Origin: a virus
Lineage: Duplodnaviria > Caudoviricetes
Virus record (IMG/VR): IMGVR_UViG_3300050162_000126
Span: 1-29,948 of that record
Length of the DNA: 29,948 nt
Direction: 5' to 3' (one strand)
Of the stretch, positions 5,975 to 14,936 are shown piece after piece. Position 1 is the stretch's first letter. Each line of letters begins with the position of its first letter. The translations under genes and the position numbers were made by a program. Under the pieces are notes generated by a model. The model was not told where the DNA came from, did not search any database, and saw nothing but the letters and a program-made list of their open reading frames with translations.

Positions 5975-6826
5975 ATGCGCAGCACCTGGAAGGAAAAAAT
6001 CCCCGTGTCACAAAACGAAACCCTGGCCGAAGAACCGGCGGCCTCGCAAGAGGTCATCACGCATACCGAAGCCATGCCATTGGCGGTTATGGAGGCGCCG
6101 GCGCAACCGTCCGATCAATTCGGACAGTTGATGGGGATTATCGATCGCCTGATTTCAAACCCTGAACTTGATCTGGACCGCGTTGAAAGAATGCTTGGCA
6201 TGGCGCGGGAACTGCGCGCTGAGAAGTCGGAAATGGAATACACATCCGCCTTCGCCATGATGCAATCCGATATGCCCGTCATCGATGAACACGGCGGGAT
6301 CAAGGATAAGGCCGGTCGCATCCAATCCACATACGCCTATTACGAAGACATCATGGAAGCCGTAAAGCCTGTGATGTCCGCGCACGGCATGGCGCTGAAC
6401 TTCCCGAAGGTCCGGACCACGGAAACACACGTCGAAGTCACCGCCGTCCTGAAGCACATCGGCGGCCACAAGGAAGTCCTTGATCTGGAATTGCCGCTCG
6501 ATGATGCCTACGGCAAGAACCTGATTCAGCGCTATAAGTCGTCACAGACCTATGCGAAGCGGATTGCAGCCATTGCGATCCTGAATATCACCACCCGCCA
6601 GGCCCGCAAAGATGACGATGACGGCGCCGGTACTGAGGAACATTCCTTGGTTGCATTGTCGATCGGTCAAATCGATCTTTGCGAAACCGTCGAAGAAATG
6701 CGCGAATGGAAGCGGATCAATGCCGCCGCTGTCGCTCAAACCGTGTCCGCCGATGAAAATAAAAAGGTGGTCGCTCATTATCAAATCCGGCTGAAACGTT
6801 TGGCCGAACAGGAAGGACTCGCATAA
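5975..6826 (+). CDS. erf: ERF-family single-strand annealing protein
   Basis: YAYYEDIMEAVKPVMSAHG...H..GH.E...SSQTYAKR...DDDG ERF signatures; adjacent to the exonuclease. Start ATG 5975 or GTG 6005. Confidence 0.9.
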   Translation: MRSTWKEKIPVSQNETLAEEPAASQEVITHTEAMPLAVMEAPAQPSDQFGQLMGIIDRLISNPELDLDRVERMLGMARELRAEKSEMEYTSAFAMMQSDMPVIDEHGGIKDKAGRIQSTYAYYEDIMEAVKPVMSAHGMALNFPKVRTTETHVEVTAVLKHIGGHKEVLDLELPLDDAYGKNLIQRYKSSQTYAKRIAAIAILNITTRQARKDDDDGAGTEEHSLVALSIGQIDLCETVEEMREWKRINAAAVAQTVSADENKKVVAHYQIRLKRLAEQEGLA

Positions 6827-7485
6827 TGCCCGCCGGGAAAATGTATTTCGATATCCAACAGTCAACGCCTGAATGGCATGCAATGCGTTTAGGCCGTGTG
6901 ACCGCTTCGCGCATCGCGGACGTGCTGGCAACCACGAAATCAGGATGGGCCTCTAGCCGTGGCAACTATGCGGCGGAACTGGTTGTCGAACGGCTTACCG
7001 GCAAGACACCGGAACGCTTCAAATCGGCCGCTATGGACTTCGGGTCCGAGACAGAAGAGGCGGCGCGCAACCAGTATCTTTATGATAATGATTTCGAGCT
7101 TCTTGCCAAGCGGCCGGCCTTTGTCGAGCATCCGTTTATTCCAATGGCGGGATGCTCTCCGGACTTGCTGATCGGGGATGATGGCGGAGCTGAGTTTAAA
7201 GCTCCCTTGCCTGCAACCCACATCGAAACTCTGAAAGGGAAAAATATCCCCGGCAATTACCTGAAGCAAATCTATTGGCAGATGGCTTGTTGTGACCTCC
7301 AGTGGATTGATTTCACCAGCTACTGCGCAGACCTTCCGCCGGAAATGCGGCGGTTTAGTCAAAGGATCACACGCAATCAAGCCGTGATCACCCAATACGA
7401 AGCCGAGGTCCAAACCTTCCTTCAGGAAGTTGAGGCTTCGGTAATTGCCCTACGCAACATGTATCCTGCGAAAGAAGCCGCATAA
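6826..7485 (+). CDS. YqaJ / lambda-type 5'-3' exonuclease
   Basis: Q.TPEWHAMRLGRVTAS, AMDFG.E.E..AR, GCSPD, EFKAP and Y..QIYWQM motifs. Confidence 0.95.
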   Translation: MPAGKMYFDIQQSTPEWHAMRLGRVTASRIADVLATTKSGWASSRGNYAAELVVERLTGKTPERFKSAAMDFGSETEEAARNQYLYDNDFELLAKRPAFVEHPFIPMAGCSPDLLIGDDGGAEFKAPLPATHIETLKGKNIPGNYLKQIYWQMACCDLQWIDFTSYCADLPPEMRRFSQRITRNQAVITQYEAEVQTFLQEVEASVIALRNMYPAKEAA

Positions 7486-7907
7486 TGACCAAGGCTGTTC
7501 TGATCATGACGGGTGAGCCAAACGAAAACACACAGGTTCGCCAGCAGGCGAAGCACTGGATTGACCGCGCCCCCAAGGGGACTCGTGTTTCATTCCAAGG
7601 TCCACAACGCAGTCTTGACCAGAACGCCAAGCTTCACGCCATGCTATCCGAGGTGGCCCGCCAGGTCGAACACTTCGGACAGAAGCGTACAGTGAATAGC
7701 TGGAAATATCTGTTCATGGATGCGCTGTCCCGCGAACTGGAAATCCTCCCGAATCTGGATGGCAACGGCTTCGTTTCGATTGGTCGGTCCACCTCCGATC
7801 TTTCAACTTCGCAAATGTCGGATTTGATAGAACTTATATTTAAGCACGGCGCTGAACATGGCGTCGTGTTCAAAGATATTCCCCCACCCGCTGAACCCCA
7901 AAAATAG
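7485..7907 (+). CDS. ninB: NinB/Orf recombination mediator
   Basis: RSLDQNAKLHAML, WK.LF and STSDLS..QMSDLIELI..HGAEHGV.F motifs. Confidence 0.92.
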   Translation: MTKAVLIMTGEPNENTQVRQQAKHWIDRAPKGTRVSFQGPQRSLDQNAKLHAMLSEVARQVEHFGQKRTVNSWKYLFMDALSRELEILPNLDGNGFVSIGRSTSDLSTSQMSDLIELIFKHGAEHGVVFKDIPPPAEPQK

Positions 7908-7916
7908 GAAAAACCA

Positions 7917-8228
7917 ATGTCATTCAAAAATCGCCTTGTGAGCGCCATACAGCGCGCATTGCCGTTTCTGGCACCCAAGCCCGAAAAAACGGATACGCGC
8001 TCTCCCGTGGCCGTTGCGCAGGGGCAGTCAGCCCTTACGGCGGAAATCCTCGCGCAGGACGATGCTTTCAATGCTGCGCTGACCAGTGATCCGGTTTATC
8101 AGGTCGCCAAGCGCGCCCGCGACAAGGCGAAACACCAGAAGAAGCGGTTCCTGCATCATCAGGACGCCATGACAAAGCGCATGACGGAAATCCTGGCGGC
8201 CGCGAAGGCGAAACGTGATGCTGGCTGA
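7917..8228 (+). CDS. Hypothetical protein (103 aa, basic)
   Basis: AGGA SD; fits operon packing. Confidence 0.72.
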   Translation: MSFKNRLVSAIQRALPFLAPKPEKTDTRSPVAVAQGQSALTAEILAQDDAFNAALTSDPVYQVAKRARDKAKHQKKRFLHHQDAMTKRMTEILAAAKAKRDAG

Positions 8229-8484
8229 TCAGTCCAACAACGATAATTTCCGCATTTCGGCCGGCGCCCTTGAGCTTCAAAAGCAAATGGGCGTCGAGCG
8301 CGAAGCCCGGCTAAATTATCTCCTGAATAACGTCCGCCGGATAACTCGCGTTCGCGGTAAACTTCGGGTCCAGCGCACAACTGCGCAATGGCTTCTAGAT
8401 TGTGCTGAATATGATCTGCTTCGAGATCGCGTCTTTGAAATCGAGCGCATGTTACACGGCGTTGAAATTGAGGTTTTGAATTAA
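8215..8484 (+). CDS. Hypothetical protein (89 aa)
   Basis: Overlaps the upstream gene; TAATG coupling to the downstream methyltransferase. Confidence 0.68.
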   Translation: MMLADQSNNDNFRISAGALELQKQMGVEREARLNYLLNNVRRITRVRGKLRVQRTTAQWLLDCAEYDLLRDRVFEIERMLHGVEIEVLN

Positions 8485-9008
8485 TGGCCAAGAGGTCAAA
8501 TTTTGAGCGGATCGAACGGGACTATTATCGCACCTTCGATCCGCGCGCCCTGAAGCCGTTATGGGGCCACCTCAATCACGAAACCCACTTCATTGAACCG
8601 ATGGCCGGGGATGGCATCCTGCGGGATCAACTTACGGCCAAGGGCCATGTCTGCCTACAGGCCTATGACATCGAACCACAAGGGGCCGGGATCGAGCAAC
8701 GGGACGCCTTGAAGTACAAGCCCGCCCATCACGGCTTCACCTTCATCACCAATCCGCCATGGCGCCGGGACATCCTGCATCCGGCTATCATCCATTTATC
8801 TGACATGGCGCCGACCTGGATGATCTTTGATTCAGACTGGGCGTTCACAAATCAGGCCGCGCCATTCATGCGGCGGTTGCGGCGCATCGTGGCCGTGGGC
8901 CGAGTCCGTTGGATCGAAGGAACCACCGAAGACGGAAAAGATAACGCGGCATGGTTTTTATTTGATAAGCCGGACAAGTTTCATCAGGCGCAATTTTTTG
9001 GAAGGTGA
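8484..9008 (+). CDS. Small SAM-dependent DNA amino-methyltransferase (motif I before motif IV)
   Basis: FIEPMAGDG (SAM binding) followed by ITNPPW (catalytic motif IV). Confidence 0.85.
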   Translation: MAKRSNFERIERDYYRTFDPRALKPLWGHLNHETHFIEPMAGDGILRDQLTAKGHVCLQAYDIEPQGAGIEQRDALKYKPAHHGFTFITNPPWRRDILHPAIIHLSDMAPTWMIFDSDWAFTNQAAPFMRRLRRIVAVGRVRWIEGTTEDGKDNAAWFLFDKPDKFHQAQFFGR

Positions 9009-9009
9009 C

Positions 9010-9675
9010 ATGAGAGAAGAAATTATTGGTAATTGCCGCCTGATCCTCGGTGACTGCCGGGATATCATGCCCACGCTTGGCAAGGTGGATGCCGTGGTGA
9101 CTGATCCGCCGTATGGCATTGCTGACATTTGGAAAGGCGGAAAGGGGCATGGGTGGGGTAACGCCCGTGATCAAAGCGCTTTACGAAACGATTGGGACCA
9201 AACCATACCAGATGAAGAATTAATGGCCTCAATTATAACGGCCGCTCCGGAAATTATAATTTGGGGCGGAAATTATTTCCCCTTACCTCCCTCGCGTTGT
9301 TGGTATATCTGGAATAAACCAGAGCGCGGGTTCACACTGGCTGAAGCGGAGCTGGCATGGACAAACAAAGATTCAATCATTCGGGTCTATGACGGGCCTC
9401 GCTCTGAGTCCGACAGACAGCATCCGACGCAAAAGCCCTTAGCGCTTATGCTTTGGTGTATCGACAAGACCAAGGCGAAATTAATTCTTGACCCCTTCAT
9501 GGGATCAGGAACGACTGGCGTGGCTTGTGTTAAGCGCGGCAAGCATTTCATCGGCATCGAACGCGAGCAAGTCTATTTCGACATCGCCTGTCGCCGCATC
9601 GAAGAGGCTTACAAACAGCCCGATATGTTCATCGCGCCGCCCGAACCGAAACCCATTCAAGACAGTATGCTTTAA
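9010..9675 (+). CDS. Beta-class N4/N6 DNA methyltransferase
   Basis: Start ATG 9010; GDC, VTDPPY, HPTQKP, ILDPFMGSGTTG and FIGIE motifs. Confidence 0.95.
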   Translation: MREEIIGNCRLILGDCRDIMPTLGKVDAVVTDPPYGIADIWKGGKGHGWGNARDQSALRNDWDQTIPDEELMASIITAAPEIIIWGGNYFPLPPSRCWYIWNKPERGFTLAEAELAWTNKDSIIRVYDGPRSESDRQHPTQKPLALMLWCIDKTKAKLILDPFMGSGTTGVACVKRGKHFIGIEREQVYFDIACRRIEEAYKQPDMFIAPPEPKPIQDSML

Positions 9676-9716
9676 AACAAAAAGCCCTTGGCGTCGGCGG
9701 ACACCAAGGGCTTCTT
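9674..9716. terminator. Terminator between the convergent early and late operons
   Basis: AAGCCCTTGG (9682-9691) / CCAAGGGCTT (9704-9713) stem; T run on the minus strand. Confidence 0.8.
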
Positions 9717-9794
9717 CGTCAATAGCCGCATAACAGGAAAGACCCATATCCACTGACGTTGCTTTTATGCCACGGGCAGGGATGGGCTGCAAGG

Positions 9795-10160
9795 TCAATG
9801 TGGGGTAGGGGCGTGGCCAAGGATCGTTTGATAGCCCGCTAGCAATAGGGCCATGACACCGGCAACCACAGTGCTGATCAGGGCAGCCATACTGAAGCCC
9901 GCCATCTTTTCGGAATTGGTACGCCACTTTCTCAGGTGGGCGCGGTCCTTTTGATACTCTTCATCGCGGAACATTTTACGCATAGAGCGAAGATCCGCGA
10001 AATCTTCCTGAAGCTGGATCGGGTCCGAGGGGTCAAGACCGAATGATGTCATCACGCGATTGACGGTCTTTTCGGCGCTGCGCTCCGCCTGGCGTTCCAG
10101 TATCGTTTCAAGCTGCGCCATCGTCAGGGGGGTGCCGGTATCTTTGTCTGGCGCCGTCAT
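9795..10160 (-). CDS. Lysis-cassette membrane protein with one C-terminal TM helix (holin or holin-regulator candidate)
   Basis: GGGGGA SD before ATG 10160; soluble helical N-part, then hydrophobic MAALISTVVAGVMALLLAGY. Confidence 0.6.
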   Translation of the reverse strand: MTAPDKDTGTPLTMAQLETILERQAERSAEKTVNRVMTSFGLDPSDPIQLQEDFADLRSMRKMFRDEEYQKDRAHLRKWRTNSEKMAGFSMAALISTVVAGVMALLLAGYQTILGHAPTPH

Positions 10161-10221
10161 CAAATCCCCCGTCCACACTCAATTACCACTGTGGCAAAAA
10201 TGCTAGGAACCGATAAAAATG

Positions 10222-10755
10222 TCAATGCGCAGACTTTGCCGGTTGGTGGCTGATCTCGTATTGATTGCGAATATAGGCTTGTGCCCCATCTAATCGGATA
10301 AAGGCTTCGTTGCAGACTTCCCCGTTATAGGCGAAGACGGAGGCGGCATCAGTGTCTTTAACGCCCGATGGGGAATCATTATCGACGCCGGGGGACTCGG
10401 TAAGCCGACCTGGATCGGCGGCGAAGGCCGCGTCATGCACCCGGACAAGCCCCATAGCGAGAGCAAAAGCAGTATCAGTTTTGGCCGTGACATAGACAGG
10501 AACCTTTTCTGTGATGGTACGAAAGACGATCTTTTGTGCTTCGTCTTTAGTTGTGACATCCTGGCCGATCCTATCCGCATCGGCTTGGGCGGCTTGACCG
10601 CGCTTATATGCTTCGGCCTGGGCCTCTTGCAGCGCCACGGCATCATTCTGGGCCTTCAGGGCGTTATCACGGCCATGGATGATGTTACACGCCATAACGG
10701 CGACAAAGCCGCCCAGGACGGCACCGGCGATACCAGCGGCGATATGAGTTTCCAT
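10222..10755 (-). CDS. Rz: Inner-membrane spanin (Rz-like)
   Basis: N-terminal TM (IAAGIAGAVLGGFVAVMA), Ala/Gln-rich coiled coil, follows the endolysin and contains a nested lipoprotein ORF. Confidence 0.82.
   Translation of the reverse strand: METHIAAGIAGAVLGGFVAVMACNIIHGRDNALKAQNDAVALQEAQAEAYKRGQAAQADADRIGQDVTTKDEAQKIVFRTITEKVPVYVTAKTDTAFALAMGLVRVHDAAFAADPGRLTESPGVDNDSPSGVKDTDAASVFAYNGEVCNEAFIRLDGAQAYIRNQYEISHQPAKSAH
10290..10493 (-). CDS. Rz1: Outer-membrane spanin lipoprotein (Rz1-like), fully nested in the i-spanin gene
   Basis: MSRPKLILLLLSLWGLSG-C lipoprotein signal with lipobox; Pro-rich mature part; alternative frame inside Rz. Confidence 0.85.
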   Translation of the reverse strand: MSRPKLILLLLSLWGLSGCMTRPSPPIQVGLPSPPASIMIPHRALKTLMPPPSSPITGKSATKPLSD

Positions 10756-10756
10756 T

Positions 10757-11320
10757 TTACGATTCCAACCCTGTGACGCAAACCTTGTATTCCGCATCGC
10801 GCCTGCGGAACAGTCCGGCAATGACGGCCTTGATACCATTGATCCGGCCATACTTCCAATCGTACAGTTTGGCGCATCCCTCTTTGATCCGGCCTTCATT
10901 AAAAGCCCTTAGCATAGATGACGTGATGAAGTTCGCCGGACCCACATTGAAAATGAAATCTTCGACGGCGCCGGCCGTGGGTGGGTTCTGATACAGTTCC
11001 GGCGCGTACTTCAGGACCGTAGCCAAAGCCACCTTGCGGTCATTCTGAAGATAGGCGTCACATTCCGCCTTGGTATAGTCATGGCCGATAACGATGGGCG
11101 GCCCGCCAGCGGCGTTGGTGTGGCCCGTGCAAGCGGTTAAGGTGCCCTTGATCGGCTCGCCCACCTTCAGGATGTGCGACGGCCTGGCGTCATCATAAGC
11201 GCGGAAGATCGTCCCCTCCCCCTGAACCGTAAGGGCGGTTGCGAAAACGCCCGCCGCGGCGATTAAACGGGCGACGGGCTTATAGGGATGATTAGGATCA
11301 TGAGCGGTGGGCGTGGGCAT
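10757..11320 (-). CDS. GH24 lysozyme-type endolysin, probably SAR type
   Basis: EG...AYDD...TACTGHT catalytic region, FNVG, GL..RR.AE..VC; weakly hydrophobic LIAAAGVFATALTV before the catalytic Glu. Start ATG 11320 or GTG 11323. Confidence 0.92.
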   Translation of the reverse strand: MPTPTAHDPNHPYKPVARLIAAAGVFATALTVQGEGTIFRAYDDARPSHILKVGEPIKGTLTACTGHTNAAGGPPIVIGHDYTKAECDAYLQNDRKVALATVLKYAPELYQNPPTAGAVEDFIFNVGPANFITSSMLRAFNEGRIKEGCAKLYDWKYGRINGIKAVIAGLFRRRDAEYKVCVTGLES

Positions 11321-11583
11321 CACTCACCTTGCGCAATTGGCACAAGAACAAATTTAGTCTTGTCATATGTCCCCACGGTCGTTTGTGTGACAAAGCTGGC
11401 CAGGAACTTCACCAGCGACATTGACCCCATGATCATCATGGCCGTGAAGGCGTCCATTTGACCGTTCATCACCAGACCGGCCAGGACTGGAAAGATTGCC
11501 GTGATTTCCACCGTGGCGATCTGAGTCGACAGCTTGCGAAACGGCGCCGGAAGCTTGGCGAAAAGATCAGACAGAGTCTTCAT
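11320..11583 (-). CDS. Putative holin (two TM segments)
   Basis: 87 aa with two hydrophobic stretches, directly upstream of and overlapping the endolysin. Confidence 0.65.
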   Translation of the reverse strand: MKTLSDLFAKLPAPFRKLSTQIATVEITAIFPVLAGLVMNGQMDAFTAMMIMGSMSLVKFLASFVTQTTVGTYDKTKFVLVPIAQGE

Positions 11584-11830
11584 TGGACTCGCCTTCGCTT
11601 TGTTCCTGATCTACCGCTTTCGTCTTAAATCTGGCAGGAAGTTTCAGGGCTGGCACCTGTTCGTTTTCTTCCGGAGAGGCAATAGACAAGGCCTCCGCCT
11701 TAAGGGCCTCCAGCGCCTCGGTTTCGGCAGTAAAGAATTGTGATAGTTTCCTATCACCTATGGCAGCAATTCGTCCGGCAAGGTCTAAGCGAATAGCAGA
11801 ATGATTTTCGATCTTTGATTTAATGGACAT
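11567..11830 (-). CDS. Hypothetical protein (87 aa, acidic C-terminus)
   Basis: AAGGAG SD; lies between the tail fibre and the holin. Confidence 0.72.
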   Translation of the reverse strand: MSIKSKIENHSAIRLDLAGRIAAIGDRKLSQFFTAETEALEALKAEALSIASPEENEQVPALKLPARFKTKAVDQEQSEGESNEDSV

Positions 11831-11864
11831 ATTTACTCCTTAAGTTTTTCCTATTTGCTTAGAT

Positions 11865-14800
11865 TTAAGCCTTTGTTACATAGGCGTAATATGTAGCATT
11901 TGCCAAATCTACGGTTCCGCCTGTGTTATTAGTCACGATGACGCGAACTTCATCAGCTACCCTGACGTATCCAGTTAAGGATAGGCCTGCAGTATCAATG
12001 CTACACGCGACCTGTACACCATCTCCAAGAGCCGCGCCTGTAACCGTAATTCCAAGTGGTGATGCCTGTGATATATTACTCTGACCATTTGCAAGGGATG
12101 GGCAGTCGAAGGCTGCAGACCCCTTCAAAATTCGGACATATCCAACACCTGTAGTTGATGGCGCTTGATTGTTATCGGCCCTCTTCCATGCCGCTCCATC
12201 CCATCGCACAAGCCCCTTTGCTCCGCCGTAACCATCCGAGGCAACCGCATAAGAACCGTCATTTCCAGACACAAGTGTTGGAAGGTTGGCTGTGAGGTAT
12301 GACGGTAATTTAATTGGTGTAAAATGTTCGAATAGCTTAGCTGTCGCTGTCGTTCTGTAAGCTGTCCAAAAAGCGCTGGCCGCATTTTCCGCATCATTTA
12401 GCGCGTACATAGTGACAGAGCCGTCAGATGCTGCATGTGCTATGCGGGTCTTTTTTGTATTTGTCGCCGCCGTGGTCGTATAGAGATCAATGTTTATTTC
12501 ACCAGCCTGGAACCTTGAAACGTTATTAGCTGGCGTAAACAAAAGCGGCGTTGATGCTGGTGATGCGAATTGAACAGATGTAACCGCCCCAGAACCATTT
12601 ACCGAGAAGCCAATAGACTTGAAGGCCGATCCTGTGAAGTTATAACCATCAATGTTAATCCCATCTTTGGCGGTAGGTGGACTTATTCCTAGTTCATCAA
12701 TCGTGGCGCGAATAATAGAACCAGTAGACGTTAGTGGTTGCTGACCATTTGCGGATGTGACGGCAATAATTCTTTCCCATCCTACTGATCCTATATTAGC
12801 AGAACAGGCGATCATGGCCTCAAATGTGCCTTGAACTACATCTCCAGGAAGTGCTGCCATTTGTAACATTGACTTATAACCAACCGTGTTTCCGGATGGG
12901 ACTGAAATATTATATTCCCAAGCCGTCACGTTAGCTAAGTGAGCCGCTGATCCCGCATCAATGATAGCGGCGCCATAACCACCAAATAGAGCGCCGCGCT
13001 TTGCGCCAGACGTACCGCCATCGTTTGCAGATGCACGGCCAACAAAACCGCCGCCACACCAAAAGCGGTTCGTGTTTGATGAGCTTGTAGCCGCCGTCAA
13101 ATTACATTCGGAATATATAGCTGTTCGCGTACCCTCAACAGCAGCACCACCAACCTTATGCAGGATTCCAAGGCCTTGAGTAGAATAAGACTGATCTGTC
13201 GGGCCGTCGATCGCATCTGAAATGTTTATAAAATTAAAATTGAAACCATTTGGCTGTTGACCGTCCCATGATGTTCCAAGCACACCAGATCCAGTTTGTG
13301 TAATATTAAGACCCTTATTTAATCCGGTCGTTACAGCCACAGCATCCATTTTTGAATTTAGAATAGATTGGCTAATGCCGCCAATCATATGCCATACAGA
13401 TCCCTGACGCTGCAAAACCAAACGAGGATTAGAAGTCTTAAGCGTGATATTTGCACCACCCAAATCTATTTTTGTTGAATCATGTGTAACAACTATATCA
13501 GCACTACCGCGCTGAATAACGATAACCTGGCCTTCATATCCGTTCACAAAATCTGTCAATGCTGTTGATCCGGCCGTGATAAACCATGAACCATTCTTGA
13601 CTGAAGGGGCGCTTACTCCAGATGTAAATGTACCGTTTGCCGTGATATCTGAAACTTCTCTTAACCAGCGCCCATTTCCTGTTGCTGCGGCGCCTACGGA
13701 TGGTCGGACCACATTAACAAGATCTTCCGTGGCAGATGAGGAGCTGGCCCAATACCAATTAATTGGCTGTACATTTCCCGCATTGGCCTCTGTTGAATTG
13801 CCTGAAACCGTATTAGAGCCTCGTGTTACCGCGACATCTCCATCCTGAATGCTGATTAGGCCAATATCTTCCTGTTTAAGGGCGTAGATATCCAGCTTAT
13901 AAAGAACAGGAAAACCCTTCACTAGGGCAACCTCACGTGTCCCACCCCCAGCCATCATAAAGGCTAAGCGTGATGATCCCGAAAGCCACGACATAGCCCG
14001 CGTAACAAGACCGGTCGCATCGGTGCGCGTCGGCAGGGTCAGCGGCTCGTGAACCTCAACGCGATCCGCTGTAGTGCCCAAGCTAAAGACGGAAAGGAAG
14101 TTTTTCACGCCGCTCGATTGGTTCAAGCGCGAGCGCAGGCGCAGCGCCGAATTTGTAACGTCCGCAAAGATCGAATGCCAATCGTTCGGATTGGTCGCCT
14201 TCGGATTGGCATAAAGCTTCAGTTCAGCGCCAACCACATCAGAATTCGCTACAGTGCCGGAAGCGTTGATGATCGACACGCCCAGCACATCGCCCTGAAT
14301 ATCGAGGCGCATCCGCTTGAAAAGGCCACCGGGATAGTTGTCGGGGCGGAAGGTGTCTATATTGTCCGGGGAGGTTGCGTCTGACGCATCGAAATAGAAC
14401 AGACCATTATTAGCACAGAAAAAGGCCTCACCATCGGACAGGCCTTGCTCCGCCTTCATTTCCGTAACCGACTGCACAAAGAGAGCGTTGCGGAAGGGGG
14501 AGGGGTCTGTGGGATTGCCTTCGGCGTCCAGAGATATAAACAGGCGAGCCGGCACGGCACAGTAGACTTGGATCGAGGCTGTGGGATCGAATGACACCAG
14601 CGCAGGCGATCCCGGATTGATATTGTTTGAAATCCCCGTGCTTGAGGAATCGAAGGCGGCTATCCGGGTCAGTTGCGTTTCTGACTGGAGAAGACCGTAC
14701 CCTTCTTCCGATAAATTGCCCTGACGCGCGACATACCCCACCAAAGACCCAACCTCGATCTTTTCTGGAATGGTGAAGTATTTTGTATCAGTGCGCGCCC

Positions 14801-14876
14801 CTAAGGCGAAGGTGCCTGTGCCGTTCGCGGTGGCGAATTGTGAACACAGATTAGCGAATGCAATTGGATCAGACAT
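11865..14876 (-). CDS. Multi-domain tail fibre / receptor-binding protein (1003 aa)
   Basis: Last tail gene; Gly/Ser/Thr/Asn-rich beta-type sequence; N-terminal T.NGTG.F.LG...Y...EEG.G...LTR...SS anchor-type domain; lower GC in the distal two thirds. Confidence 0.85.
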   Translation of the reverse strand: MSDPIAFANLCSQFATANGTGTFALGARTDTKYFTIPEKIEVGSLVGYVARQGNLSEEGYGLLQSETQLTRIAAFDSSSTGISNNINPGSPALVSFDPTASIQVYCAVPARLFISLDAEGNPTDPSPFRNALFVQSVTEMKAEQGLSDGEAFFCANNGLFYFDASDATSPDNIDTFRPDNYPGGLFKRMRLDIQGDVLGVSIINASGTVANSDVVGAELKLYANPKATNPNDWHSIFADVTNSALRLRSRLNQSSGVKNFLSVFSLGTTADRVEVHEPLTLPTRTDATGLVTRAMSWLSGSSRLAFMMAGGGTREVALVKGFPVLYKLDIYALKQEDIGLISIQDGDVAVTRGSNTVSGNSTEANAGNVQPINWYWASSSSATEDLVNVVRPSVGAAATGNGRWLREVSDITANGTFTSGVSAPSVKNGSWFITAGSTALTDFVNGYEGQVIVIQRGSADIVVTHDSTKIDLGGANITLKTSNPRLVLQRQGSVWHMIGGISQSILNSKMDAVAVTTGLNKGLNITQTGSGVLGTSWDGQQPNGFNFNFINISDAIDGPTDQSYSTQGLGILHKVGGAAVEGTRTAIYSECNLTAATSSSNTNRFWCGGGFVGRASANDGGTSGAKRGALFGGYGAAIIDAGSAAHLANVTAWEYNISVPSGNTVGYKSMLQMAALPGDVVQGTFEAMIACSANIGSVGWERIIAVTSANGQQPLTSTGSIIRATIDELGISPPTAKDGINIDGYNFTGSAFKSIGFSVNGSGAVTSVQFASPASTPLLFTPANNVSRFQAGEINIDLYTTTAATNTKKTRIAHAASDGSVTMYALNDAENAASAFWTAYRTTATAKLFEHFTPIKLPSYLTANLPTLVSGNDGSYAVASDGYGGAKGLVRWDGAAWKRADNNQAPSTTGVGYVRILKGSAAFDCPSLANGQSNISQASPLGITVTGAALGDGVQVACSIDTAGLSLTGYVRVADEVRVIVTNNTGGTVDLANATYYAYVTKA

Positions 14877-14936
14877 CGAAGGCCCCTATGTGACGTGTGC
14901 GATAAATAACACGTCACTGTTGCCTTGAAAACACAG

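Noticed and set aside
5371-6075. 234 aa minus-strand ORF across the switch region
   Set aside because: Crosses the promoters, operators and better-supported genes; composition is not protein-like.
5408-7485. C-terminal EAA ends of the Cro-like protein and exonuclease as ClpXP degrons
   Set aside because: Plausible, but EAA endings are very common in phage genes and often reflect overlapping translation signals; too weak to report.
8827-9009. Long N-terminal extensions in the ORF track (also 414-572, 10756-10899 and 25271-25408)
   Set aside because: They overlap upstream genes; downstream starts have SD sequences or stop-start coupling and match the domain boundaries.
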